The notes: generated by a model from the letters alone, not told the origin. Counted from the first letter of the stretch, positions 52,490 to 61,493 are shown. The stretch: DNA of 64,000 nt from an uncultured Coriobacteriia bacterium (GCA_959608885.1 CAUHSG010000003.1:2276-66275); one strand, 5' to 3'. Numbers and translations: made by a program.

Positions 52490-54445
52490 ATGCCCAGTTT
52501 TAACGATTTTCCGCACATTTTCACGCCGATCAAGATTCGCAATGTCGAGCTGAAGAACCGTCTCGTCTTCTCGCCGGTCGTATCGGGGCATGCGGGTGTT
52601 GTCGATGGGCAGGTCACCGAGGCACTCGTCCAGTTTCTCGGCGCTCAGGCCCGAAGCGGCGTGGGCATGGTGACCATCGGCGCCTCTCCCGTCGATCAGG
52701 GCAGGGCACGCGACTTCTTCGGCAGCCTCTCCGTCTGCAAGGACGAGGACATTCCGGGGTTGCACCGCCTTGTCGAGGAAGTACACCGATACGGGGCAGC
52801 AATTTCGTGCGAGATTCTGCACGCCGGGCGCATCGCGCAGCCCAATGCGCTCGCCGGACGCAAGGCGTGGGTGCCGTGGCTCACGCCCGACATGGACCCC
52901 GACCTTTTCGAGGAGATCACCGAGGAGCAAATGGACGAGGTCATCGATCTCTTCTGCAAGGCGGCCGTGCGTCTGCGCGATGCGGGTTTCGACATGGTGC
53001 TCATCCACGGTGCGCATGGCAACCTGGTGAGCGCGTTCTTCTCGCCGCTTACCAACCAGCGTACCGATGAGTACGGCGGATCCTTCGAGAACCGCATGCG
53101 CTTCCCGCTCAGGCTCGTGAAGGCCGTGCGTGAGGCCGTGGGCGACAACATGGCCATCGACTTCCGCATCAGCCAGAACGAATACGTCGAAGGCGGCACC
53201 ACGCTCGAGGACGTCATCACCTTTCTCAAGGCGGCGCAAGAGTACATTGATGACGCGAACCTGTCGGGCGGCTGGATCTTCGACCCGGTCTACGTCAAGT
53301 ACATGATGCCAGGCTATCCGCAGGAGCTGTGCCTCAACATCCCGCGCACCGCCATCGTCCGCGAACAGCTTGACATCCCCGTGACCTGCGTCGGCAACAT
53401 TCCCGATGTCAAGACGGCCGAGCATATCCTTGCCGAGGGCAAGGCCGACATCGTCGCTTTCGCCCGCAACATCCTCGCCGACATGGACCTGGTGAACAAG
53501 GCGTATCGCGGCGAGGAGGACACCATCCGGCCGTGCTTGCGCTGCATCGAGTGCGCGTCGCGTCCTGCCGTGGGCGGTGGCGTGCGTTGCTCGGTCAATC
53601 CGCAGCTCGGCCGCGAGCTCTACTACCGCGAGGTTCCCGAGGCGCGCGTGAAAAAGAAAGTGGTCGTCATCGGGGGTGGTCCGGCCGGCATGATGGCGGC
53701 GCAGACCGCCGTCAAGCGCGGTCACGACGTCGTCCTCTTCGAGCGTGACAAAGAGCTGGGAGGACGCCTCAAGGAGGCATCGGTGCTCTTCTGCAAGGAG
53801 CCGTACCACAAGCGCTACCTTGCCTGGGACCGTCGCGAGACGCTTGGATGCGGCGCGGACATTCGGTTGGGTGTCGAGGCGACTCCGGATCTCGTCATGG
53901 CGGAGAATCCCGACGAGGTCATCGTCGCCATCGGCGGCGAGCACATCTGCCCGCTGATTCCCGGTGCAAACGGGGACAATGTCATCACCGTAACGGAAGC
54001 GGATTTGGGACTTGCGCCCATTGGCAAGCGTGTCGTCATCGTGGGTGGCGGTTTTTCCGCGCTCGAATGCGGCATCCAGCTCGCCTACGAAGGGCATGCT
54101 GTCACGGCCATCGATGCGCAGCCCGAGGACAAGCTCTGGCGCGAGGTCATGAACGAGCTGCGCAGCGGCCTCATCGAGCTACGCGATCGTTACGGCGTGC
54201 AACTCGTCGACGAGGCCATGGTGAAGGAGATTCGCGAAGGGTCCGTCGTGTACACGCGTGGTGGCGAGGATTTCGAGATTCCCGCCGACACGGTGGTCAT
54301 GGCCTGCGGCCTGCGTCCCAACAAGGAGCTCGTAGGCCAGTTTGTGGAGATGATGCCTCAGGTCACGGTCGTAGGCGATGCGCGCCAGACGGGCAACATC
54401 TTCTCGGCGAACATGAGCGCCTTCGACGCGGCGGTGGAGCTGTAG
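52490..54445 (+). CDS. second OYE-type FMN/[4Fe-4S]/FAD oxidoreductase (2-enoate reductase family)
   Basis: MPSFNDFPHIFTPIKIRNVELKNRLVFSP, HGAHGNLVSAFFSPLTNQRTDEYGGS, RPCLRCIECASRPAVGGGVRCSVNP and VVVIGGGPAGMMAAQTA. It is a paralog of the 49568 gene. Confidence 0.9.
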   Translation: MPSFNDFPHIFTPIKIRNVELKNRLVFSPVVSGHAGVVDGQVTEALVQFLGAQARSGVGMVTIGASPVDQGRARDFFGSLSVCKDEDIPGLHRLVEEVHRYGAAISCEILHAGRIAQPNALAGRKAWVPWLTPDMDPDLFEEITEEQMDEVIDLFCKAAVRLRDAGFDMVLIHGAHGNLVSAFFSPLTNQRTDEYGGSFENRMRFPLRLVKAVREAVGDNMAIDFRISQNEYVEGGTTLEDVITFLKAAQEYIDDANLSGGWIFDPVYVKYMMPGYPQELCLNIPRTAIVREQLDIPVTCVGNIPDVKTAEHILAEGKADIVAFARNILADMDLVNKAYRGEEDTIRPCLRCIECASRPAVGGGVRCSVNPQLGRELYYREVPEARVKKKVVVIGGGPAGMMAAQTAVKRGHDVVLFERDKELGGRLKEASVLFCKEPYHKRYLAWDRRETLGCGADIRLGVEATPDLVMAENPDEVIVAIGGEHICPLIPGANGDNVITVTEADLGLAPIGKRVVIVGGGFSALECGIQLAYEGHAVTAIDAQPEDKLWREVMNELRSGLIELRDRYGVQLVDEAMVKEIREGSVVYTRGGEDFEIPADTVVMACGLRPNKELVGQFVEMMPQVTVVGDARQTGNIFSANMSAFDAAVEL

Positions 54446-54457
54446 GGAGACGGTTTT

Positions 54458-54919
54458 CTATCGTCCCCGCCAGCGCTTCAACTGGGGCAACACGGCGCCG
54501 AGAAGCGATACGGCCTCGTCGACGGTCTTGAACGATCCGGACTCGACCATGTATGGGGCGCAGCGCTCGATGAGCTCTTCCATGCTCTCCTCGGGGTTCA
54601 CGAGCTCTCCGTCTTCCACGCACCACTTGCACCAGTCCGTCTCGGGTGTCCCGTCTGCGGCTTGCGCACGGTCTTCGTCGTTCGCGAGATACATTCCGCA
54701 GCTTTGGCAGAATGTCCCTTTAGGTGGCATGTCGAGCAGTTCGGCTATGGGCACGTCGAGCGTCGCGGCGATGAGCTTCGTCATGTCGATGCCCGGCGTG
54801 GTCTCACCGGTCTCCCAGCGCGAGACGGCTTGCCTGGTGATGTAGAGGCGTTCGGCGAGCTGTTGCTGAGTCATTCCGCGGGCCTCGCGGTGCGCCTTGA
54901 TTGATTCGCTTATCGGCAT
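54458..54919 (-). CDS. XRE-family HTH regulator fused to a zinc-ribbon domain
   Basis: The N-terminal region MTQQQLAERLYITRQAVSRWETGETTP is an XRE HTH. The C-terminus has CQSCGMYL...DWCKWCVEDGELV...MEELIERCAPYM, a zinc-ribbon pattern. Confidence 0.8.
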   Translation of the reverse strand: MPISESIKAHREARGMTQQQLAERLYITRQAVSRWETGETTPGIDMTKLIAATLDVPIAELLDMPPKGTFCQSCGMYLANDEDRAQAADGTPETDWCKWCVEDGELVNPEESMEELIERCAPYMVESGSFKTVDEAVSLLGAVLPQLKRWRGR

Positions 54920-55013
54920 GGTGATTCCCTTCGTCGGATGTCCGAATCATTACAGCATGACAGTGCCCGCGGAGTAAAGAAACGCTCCGTTGCGTTTCTC
55001 CGACACCGACAGG

Positions 55014-55042
55014 TGGGACAAGTGGACAGGTCATTTGTCCCA
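55014..55042. repeat. type-A palindromic intergenic repeat
   Basis: TGGGACAAGTGGACAGGTCATTTGTCCCA, with one stem mismatch. Confidence 0.8.
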
Positions 55043-55242
55043 TTTTCTTCTTTGCAAACACATTGAGTGTGATGTCATTCACGTAGCCATCGATGATTCT
55101 TTTCCTAACGAGTCATATGTCTTGGTCCACTATCAGTTTCAATAATGAGGACGCATAACGGGAAACCGCGCGAACGGGAGAGCCGAAGCCTAAAAAGAGG
55201 GAGGGGTGTTTTGTCAGGCAGAACAAAAATGTGATCAAAAAT

Positions 55243-55278
55243 CTTGTAAAATCCGGAATGGATTCCGGAATTTACAAG
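55243..55278. promoter_or_regulatory. 36-bp inverted repeat immediately upstream of the ATPase RBS (operator or leader hairpin candidate)
   Basis: CTTGTAAAATCCGGAAT-gg-ATTCCGGAATTTACAAG, with one mismatch between the arms. It ends 5 nt before the AAGGAG RBS. Confidence 0.45.
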
Positions 55279-55293
55279 ATTTAAGGAGTCGCG

Positions 55294-56565
55294 ATGTATA
55301 TCGAGCGAGCACTTGAACCTCTCGTGAGACGATATTCTTTGTACTTTAAAGCCGTCGTGGTGACGGGTCCTCGTCAGGTGGGCAAAACCACAATGCTCAA
55401 GCACATGATGGAGCAAGATGCCGAGCGCGGCTTCAAACGAAACTATGTCACGATGGACGACACCGCCCTGAGGATGGCAGCGCAAGAGGACCCGGCCCTT
55501 TTCCTCCAGAGATACAAGGCTCCCATCCTCATCGATGAGATTCAGAAAGCGCCGGAGCTTCTTCCCTATATCAAGATCGCGCTCGACTCCAGTGATGAGA
55601 ACGGGTCTTTTTGGCTTACCGGATCACAGCCGTTCCACCTCATGAAACACGTCTCCGAGACGCTTGCGGGGCGAGTCGGCATCATCGAAATGCTCGGTTT
55701 ATCTAACTCCGAGATAGCCGGCGTGCAATCGCAACCATTTGATCCGGGGAAGGGATATTTTGAAAGTCGCGTCGGGGTGACCAAGCCCTTTGACGTAACG
55801 GAGGCTTACGAGCGTATTGCCGCGGGATCGCTTCCGGGAATTCGTGCGTTACCGGCCGATCTGCGTGCCGGTGCCTATGAATCATATCTCGACACATACA
55901 TCATGCGCGACATACGGGATTTGGCACAAGTTGCAGACGAGTTGAAGTTCAGGCGGTTTATGTCTGCTTGTGCGGCACTTACGTCGAAGCCGATTGTATA
56001 TGCGGACTTGGCGAGGATGGCAGACATCGACGAGAAGACGGCAAAATCGTGGCTTTCTCTGCTTACTAGCTCCTATCTGGTGAAAATTGTCTCTCCATAT
56101 GCGAATAACCTGCTCAAAAGACTGAACAAGCAGCCAATAATGCACTTCACAGATACGGGCCTTGCATCTTATCTCGCGGGTTGGCAAGACGCCCGGACGC
56201 TTGAGCTTGGCGCCATGGCGGGTCAGATGTTCGAAACCTATGCATTTGGGGAAATATGCAAGAGCTTTGCAAATGCCGGCATCAAGCCCGCCCTCTACTT
56301 CTTCAGGACCACTTCCCAACGAGAAATTGATCTTGTCCTGGAGCGGAACGGAACTCTCTTTCCCATTGAGGTAAAGAAAAGCGCCTCTCCTACCCGAGCA
56401 GACGTGAAGAACTTTCGGGCACTAGAGCCTGTCGAAGAGACGAACGTCTCCGACGAATTGCGCACGAGGCGCCGCATGGTTGGTGTCGGGACGGAGATAT
56501 GCATGGCGAGTGACGCGTTCCCCATAAGCGAGAACGCGTGGGCATTCCCGATTTGGGCAATTTAG
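55294..56565 (+). CDS. AAA-type ATPase with a DUF4143 C-terminal domain
   Basis: Walker A VVTGPRQVGKTT and Walker B-like ILIDEIQ. The C-terminal REIDLVLERNGTLFPIEVK region is restriction-endonuclease-fold-like, as is typical of the AAA_14/DUF4143 family. Confidence 0.85.
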   Translation: MYIERALEPLVRRYSLYFKAVVVTGPRQVGKTTMLKHMMEQDAERGFKRNYVTMDDTALRMAAQEDPALFLQRYKAPILIDEIQKAPELLPYIKIALDSSDENGSFWLTGSQPFHLMKHVSETLAGRVGIIEMLGLSNSEIAGVQSQPFDPGKGYFESRVGVTKPFDVTEAYERIAAGSLPGIRALPADLRAGAYESYLDTYIMRDIRDLAQVADELKFRRFMSACAALTSKPIVYADLARMADIDEKTAKSWLSLLTSSYLVKIVSPYANNLLKRLNKQPIMHFTDTGLASYLAGWQDARTLELGAMAGQMFETYAFGEICKSFANAGIKPALYFFRTTSQREIDLVLERNGTLFPIEVKKSASPTRADVKNFRALEPVEETNVSDELRTRRRMVGVGTEICMASDAFPISENAWAFPIWAI

Positions 56566-56632
56566 AATGCTCGTCAAAAGTCGCAATTTGCGACCTTATA
56601 ATGCCCCCGCGCTCAAGATTCGAGCGCGCCTT

Positions 56633-56956
56633 TTACGCGTGCCGGAAAGCGAACGCATTGTTCTCGCTGGTTGGGGAGGGCTTCGGGTTACGAAATCCGT
56701 ACGTTATATCCATGTCGAGCGCACATTCCAGCTTTGCTATTGTCTTTAGGGTCATGTTTTGATTGCCCTTGATTATCTTGGTGATTTGTGCCGGAGATAC
56801 GCCCATGCGCTCAGCCAGCTCTCGTTTGCTTATGCCGAGCTCCTCCATGCGCGCATAGACTGCTCCCGATATGTCCATAGAGTAAAAATAGGCCATGTCT
56901 TCGGGTGGCAGTCGTTCGTCGAGCAGGTGCTCTAGGCTTCCTCCATCTTCAATCAT
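56633..56956 (-). CDS. XRE-family HTH antitoxin (HigA-like)
   Basis: ISKRELAERMGVSPAQITKIIKGNQNMTLKTIAKLECAL. Its start overlaps the stop of the upstream toxin-like reading frame by 8 nt. Confidence 0.8.
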   Translation of the reverse strand: MIEDGGSLEHLLDERLPPEDMAYFYSMDISGAVYARMEELGISKRELAERMGVSPAQITKIIKGNQNMTLKTIAKLECALDMDITYGFRNPKPSPTSENNAFAFRHA

Positions 56957-57343
56957 CGTGCCCCTCCATTATCAATCCTGCGGCAATCGCCGTCAGCTTC
57001 TTTCCCCTGTCCATGACATGCTTGGGTATGCCCGCATGCTTGCCCTGGTGTTCATCAAAGTCGAATAGATAGACGGGCGTGGCATCATGATGCACGTAAG
57101 TCATTATGCGTATAACCTTTCCATCTACCTTTAGCTCGTAAAGAGAAAGACTGGTGCCTAGAAATCTGAGCTTGTTCGCCTGCCGTGCCCACTTTGTGCC
57201 GTTGCCTTGACGATAGCGTTCGCTCTCTGGCGTGTCTTTGGGTCGCCAGCGAGCTTCTCGATGAAAGACTTGGTATGCGCAGGCGCGAGAACAATGGCGG
57301 ATTGTCCTGCTCCCAGATCGTACGCAATCAGCCTATGTGCCAC
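56949..57343 (-). pseudogene. HigB/Gp49-like (DUF891-type) toxin gene, apparently frameshifted
   Basis: Two reading frames are needed. The frame from GTG 57343 (AAAGGA RBS) reads VAHRLIAYDLGAGQSAIVLAPAHTKSFIEKLAGDPKTRQRANAIVKATAQ and stops at 57158. Another frame continues as WARQANKLRFLGTSLSLYELKVDGKVIRIMTYVHHDATPVYLFDFDEHQGKHAGIPKHVMDRGKKLTAIAAGLIMEG to the stop at 56949. The switch lies near 57185-57200. Confidence 0.5.
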
Positions 57344-57363
57344 TACCGTTCCTTTGTTTGATA

Positions 57364-57381
57364 TTTTACTTATAAGTAAAA
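57364..57381. promoter_or_regulatory. perfect 18-bp AT-rich palindrome upstream of the toxin-antitoxin pair (operator candidate)
   Basis: TTTTACTTATAAGTAAAA lies ~20 nt upstream of the putative toxin start. Confidence 0.5.
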
Positions 57382-57646
57382 TAATTGCAATATGAGAACC
57401 TGTCCTTCCGCTATGTGTTTCATAGTTGGCAAGGACTGCTATCTGCATATCGTAGTGGCTCGACCTAACAGTTTCGTCGAATGGTTTGGTCGAATCACCA
57501 TATGAACCCGGGGTAAAATCGGGCATTTATCGGGCATTTGCTCGAGTAAGCTCCAACTCCGCCATCGACAAGAAAGGGGCGGCCCCATCGGTCGGGAGGC
57601 CGCCCCCAGGCCCGGCTTTTAACCGGTCGAGCAGAGTGATACGTGC

Positions 57647-58468
57647 TTAGCCGGCCGCGTAGAGTGACACGGGACCCATGTTGCGATCCTCGTCGACGGT
57701 CGACGCCTCGACCATGCGGGTCATGTAACCTTCGGCCTCGAAGTACACCTGCCAGTTACCGGCAGCGATCTGGTGGAACCAGAAGTCCCCGAAGTCGTCG
57801 GTCTGCGTGACCAGCACCTCACCGGTATCGACGTTCTGCGCCGTCACCTTGGCGCCAATCAGGACCTCGTCCTCTTCAGGATCGATGACGATTCCCGCCA
57901 GGAAGCGCTTGGGCAGGTTCAGGTAATGCATGCGTGGCCTGTCGCGATCGGCGCGCTCGGGCATGAGCGCCTCGGCCTGCTCGAGCTCCTCAGCGAACTC
58001 CTCCTCGTCGCCAAAGCGAATGGCTCCGTGCGGACATACGTCAACGCAATGGGGGATTTCGCCAGCGTCGATGAGATGGGCGCAGCCCGTGCACTTCTGG
58101 GGAATCTCGAGCTCCTCGTTCCAGAAAATCGCACCGTAGGGGCAGGCCTCCACGAGTTCCTTGTGGCCTTTCGCCTTGGAGGGGTCAATGATCACAAGGC
58201 CGTCGTCACGCTTGTACACCGCTTCGGGGGCGGCGCTCATGCATGGGGCGCCATCGCAATGCTGGCACATGTGCATGATGTATGCGATCTTTACCTTGGG
58301 GACTTGCCCGCGAATCCTTTCCTCGATGCGCGTCCAGAACTGGCCCGTGTCGGGCTGGGGTTTCGAATAGGGAAGCCACTCGTTATCGACGTGCTCGTCC
58401 TTGCAGGCCAGCTGGCAGTTGCGGCAACCGTTGCACTTGGCTGCGTCAAAGATGAAAGTCTTACCCAT
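57647..58468 (-). CDS. pyrogallol hydroxytransferase small (beta) subunit-like iron-sulfur protein with a C-terminal beta-sandwich domain
   Basis: 273 aa. CNGCRNCQLAC, CQHCDGAPC and CTGCAHL...CVDVCP ferredoxin motifs are followed by LAGIVIDPEEDEVLIGAKVTAQNVDTGE...DFGDFWF. The layout matches the BthL subunit of Pelobacter transhydroxylase as I recall it. Confidence 0.88.
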   Translation of the reverse strand: MGKTFIFDAAKCNGCRNCQLACKDEHVDNEWLPYSKPQPDTGQFWTRIEERIRGQVPKVKIAYIMHMCQHCDGAPCMSAAPEAVYKRDDGLVIIDPSKAKGHKELVEACPYGAIFWNEELEIPQKCTGCAHLIDAGEIPHCVDVCPHGAIRFGDEEEFAEELEQAEALMPERADRDRPRMHYLNLPKRFLAGIVIDPEEDEVLIGAKVTAQNVDTGEVLVTQTDDFGDFWFHQIAAGNWQVYFEAEGYMTRMVEASTVDEDRNMGPVSLYAAG

Positions 58469-58470
58469 GG

Positions 58471-61080
58471 TTATTCCCCCTCAACGATACGAGCTGTGGC
58501 AACGAGGCCGCATGCCGGGTCATACGCGCGCTCAAATGCCTCGGGATATTCCTGTGCGAGCTTGAAGACGTCTACTTTCTCCACGTTAACCAGGAAGCCC
58601 GAGGTAACCTCTCCGGCCGCGTTCTTGGAGGTGGTGGGGGTGGGGGCGATGAGGTTGTTCGCCCCACCGCGGTCAAGACCGCCCTCACCCAAGACGATGG
58701 TGTCGCAACGCGCACCGTGATCCTGATAGACGGCACCGGGCATGATGCGCTCGGAAACGAGCACGCCACCCAGGACGGCGCCACGTTCGTTGTAGATTTT
58801 CGCGACATCGCCCGTTTCGAGGCCGAGTTTGCCGGCATCGATGGGGTTGACCCAAAGGGGCTCATACAGATAGCCGTCGGGACCCTTCACCTTGCACGTC
58901 TCTATCTCGCGGAACCATGTGACGTCGTCATGTTGTGCGTGGACGCGGAAGTGTGGATGGTTGCTCACCAGAAGGAAGGGATACTTTCGACCACGCTCCA
59001 GGTATTGCCTTTCCTGATGTCCGGCGCCTTCGTCAATCCAGTGGGGGATGGGACCTCGCTCCTTGTCATCCGGGAAGTAGCTGGCGAGCGTCGTGGAGTA
59101 GTACTCCAGCTTGCCAGATGGGGTGCGGAGCGGATGACCTTCGGGATCCTCGTAGAACTCGATGAGGCCCGCCGGTATCTCCTTCCAATCCTCGCGGGTC
59201 GGGAAGGCGTAGTACTGGCGCTCCACGAACTCGTCGAAACTCAGGTCCTCGGGCGCACCGGAGGATTCGAAGCCAACCCTGATCCACTCCTCATCCGTCT
59301 TGCCACCCAGGTACTTGTCGTAGATGCCCTCGTAGATGCCCCCGTAGCTCTCCAGCTTCTTCGCGACGATGCCCACGGCCTCCTTGTCGGAGACGGATTC
59401 CCCGATGGGCTTGATGGCCTGCTTCTCGTAGAACACGACATTCCACTGGCCCGAGTCGTTGTCCGTGCCGATGTCCGCCGTCTCGAACTTGGTGTTGGTG
59501 GGCAGGATGATGTCGGCGAACATGGTGTCGTTCTCCATCCAGGGATGCTGGACGATGACCGTCTCGATGCTCTCGTGCCGAAGGGCGTCTTGCATCTTGA
59601 ATCCGCCGTTCCAGCAGGTTTCCCAGCAAGGCGAGTCGGACCAAACCATGTGGATGCGGCTTCCGCCCTCGGGCGGGAACGTGAACTCGAGGAACTGGTC
59701 CTCTCTCGGAAGACCGGCGTTTACGTGGCCATACCAGCTGATGGGCGGGTTCATGATGGCTTCGGGGATGCGGGTCTTGGGAATGAACGAGGGCTTGGTG
59801 CCGGTGACGAAACCTCGATAGGCGGCACCCAGGCTGGGGATGTTGGTGGAGGGGGGAAGCACATCCAGCGTCGGGATGCCGAAAAGCGTCCACTCGAGGA
59901 ACTTGAACTGGTTCGCTCCGGGTTTGCCAACGCCTTGCATGCCCAGGAGCGCTACCTCCAGACGTGCCGGCTCGTGGGCGAAGCAGCTGCGGATGAAGCT
60001 ACCGCCGTTGCAATGCGCGATGGATACCGCATGCTTTGCCCAGTAACGCGCGAGGGCCTTGATGGTGTATGCGGGAATCCCGCAGATCTTCTCGGCCCAC
60101 TTGGGCGTCTTGGGCACGCCGTCCTCGCCGCCCAGGACATAGTACTTGAAGTTCTCGAAGCCCACGGCATGCGTCTCGAGGTAGTCCTTGTCGTACGTAT
60201 CTTCCTTGATCCAGGTGTAGGCGATTGCGAGCTGCAGGGCGGCGTCGGTGTTGGGAAGCACGGGAATCCACTTGTCCGCATGGACGCCGTTGGCATAGTT
60301 GACGTCGGGCGCGATGTGGATTTGCCTCACGCCGATTTCCGTAAACCAGAAGCACAGGCGGCTTGCCATCTGTCCGCCCCATCCCAGTGGCGTCGTCTCG
60401 GGGTCGCATCCCCAGAACAGCACGGCATCGCCGTTTTCCGAGATGTCCTTGATGATGTTGTTCTGGAGGTTTTGCTGGCCGAGGGGATCCATGCCCCAGA
60501 TGTGCTTGGCGCCCCAGTACCAGCCTTCCCAGGAGTCCGGCTGACGGGATTGGATCGTGAATCCACCGCAAAGGTCCAGCAGCTGGGAGATGCAGCCGTG
60601 CGAGGCGTGGACGACCTTCGTCTCGCCGTGGCCGTCGATTTCCAGCAAGATGGATTCCGGACCGTATTCGTCGTGCATGCGCTTTATCTCGGCAGCGCAA
60701 ATCTCGGCCGCCTCGTCCCAGGAAATGCGCTCGTAATCAGACGACCCGCGGTTCTGGGGGTTGCGCTCGCCATCGGGGTCCCAATCGACGCGCTTCATGG
60801 GGTAGGGGATGCGGTTCTTGGAGTAGACGCGCTTTTTGTAGCATAGCGAGAGCGGGGACATGTGGGTCTTGAAGCCCGGCTCGAATACATGGCCCCTTGC
60901 CTCGATCTTCCAGGCATTCAGCTCCTCGGGGGTCTGATGCTCGTCAAAGTGGAAGGGACGAATGCGGATGATCTTATCGTTCTCCTCGTCGATGTCGACA
61001 GTGCAGGCGTTGCTCCCCAGGCCAAAGCTGTCAAAGCCCAGGCCCTTGATTATGGGAGTGCCCTTCACATCGTTGCTCAT
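58471..61080 (-). CDS. pyrogallol hydroxytransferase large (alpha) subunit-like molybdopterin oxidoreductase (no N-terminal Fe-S motif)
   Basis: 869 aa. RIPYPMKRVDWDPDGERNPQNRGSSDYERISWDEAAEI and PDSWEGWYWGAKHIWG closely parallel the AthL sequence as I recall it. There is no TAT signal. A strong GAGAGGAGAAGGAG RBS precedes it. Confidence 0.88.
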   Translation of the reverse strand: MSNDVKGTPIIKGLGFDSFGLGSNACTVDIDEENDKIIRIRPFHFDEHQTPEELNAWKIEARGHVFEPGFKTHMSPLSLCYKKRVYSKNRIPYPMKRVDWDPDGERNPQNRGSSDYERISWDEAAEICAAEIKRMHDEYGPESILLEIDGHGETKVVHASHGCISQLLDLCGGFTIQSRQPDSWEGWYWGAKHIWGMDPLGQQNLQNNIIKDISENGDAVLFWGCDPETTPLGWGGQMASRLCFWFTEIGVRQIHIAPDVNYANGVHADKWIPVLPNTDAALQLAIAYTWIKEDTYDKDYLETHAVGFENFKYYVLGGEDGVPKTPKWAEKICGIPAYTIKALARYWAKHAVSIAHCNGGSFIRSCFAHEPARLEVALLGMQGVGKPGANQFKFLEWTLFGIPTLDVLPPSTNIPSLGAAYRGFVTGTKPSFIPKTRIPEAIMNPPISWYGHVNAGLPREDQFLEFTFPPEGGSRIHMVWSDSPCWETCWNGGFKMQDALRHESIETVIVQHPWMENDTMFADIILPTNTKFETADIGTDNDSGQWNVVFYEKQAIKPIGESVSDKEAVGIVAKKLESYGGIYEGIYDKYLGGKTDEEWIRVGFESSGAPEDLSFDEFVERQYYAFPTREDWKEIPAGLIEFYEDPEGHPLRTPSGKLEYYSTTLASYFPDDKERGPIPHWIDEGAGHQERQYLERGRKYPFLLVSNHPHFRVHAQHDDVTWFREIETCKVKGPDGYLYEPLWVNPIDAGKLGLETGDVAKIYNERGAVLGGVLVSERIMPGAVYQDHGARCDTIVLGEGGLDRGGANNLIAPTPTTSKNAAGEVTSGFLVNVEKVDVFKLAQEYPEAFERAYDPACGLVATARIVEGE

Positions 61081-61159
61081 GCTCCTTCTCCTCTCATGCG
61101 TGGTTCTTGCTATCGGTCATGATGGCGCCGCGAGCCGTGCGTCCAGACAGTCCGGATGC

Positions 61160-61387
61160 CTATGCGCCCGGCTTGGGCGGGGTCGGCACCGTGGGGACCT
61201 TGATTCCCGGGGCGGGAACGGCCGGAGCGCCGGGAGCGCCGGGTACGGTCGGGATGCCGGCCGAAGGAGGTGCGGGGTCGGCCTTGGCTCCGCAGTTGGG
61301 ACACTGGTCCAAGGTGGGATCGACCTCTGCCCCACATTTGGGGCATTTCACGGGGCCGGCATCAAGGGAAGGCGGTCTGAAGCACAT
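61160..61387 (-). CDS. small zinc-ribbon protein (75 aa): N-terminus MCFRPPS and a Pro-rich tail
   Basis: From ATG 61387 (AAAGGAAAG RBS): MCFRPPSLDAGPVKCPKCGAEVDPTLDQCPNCGAKADPAPPSAGIPTVPGAPGAPAVPAPGIKVPTVPTPPKPGA. It shares the MCFRP start and the PGAPGAP tail with the 36436 protein. Confidence 0.6.
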   Translation of the reverse strand: MCFRPPSLDAGPVKCPKCGAEVDPTLDQCPNCGAKADPAPPSAGIPTVPGAPGAPAVPAPGIKVPTVPTPPKPGA

Positions 61388-61493
61388 GATCTTTCCTTTC
61401 TTTTTTGTGCCCTCCTTGTCAGGGGGAGGCAAATTTCACGGTAATTGAGCGCCGGCGGATGGGCTGGATGGCACCCGCCGGCACAAGGAGGGC

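Noticed and set aside
49844-54097. 1417-aa ORF on the minus strand, the longest ORF in the window.
   Set aside because: It runs exactly antisense to the two enoate reductase genes and the SDR. Its translation is a low-complexity Arg/Gly/His/Asp/Leu/Val-rich string with no recognisable motif, while the plus-strand frames carry clear FMN, Fe-S, FAD and SDR signatures. This is a typical stop-codon-poor shadow ORF in GC-rich DNA.
58717-60846. 709-aa plus-strand ORF.
   Set aside because: It is antisense to the transhydroxylase-like alpha subunit, whose frame matches known family motifs. The plus-strand product is low-complexity.
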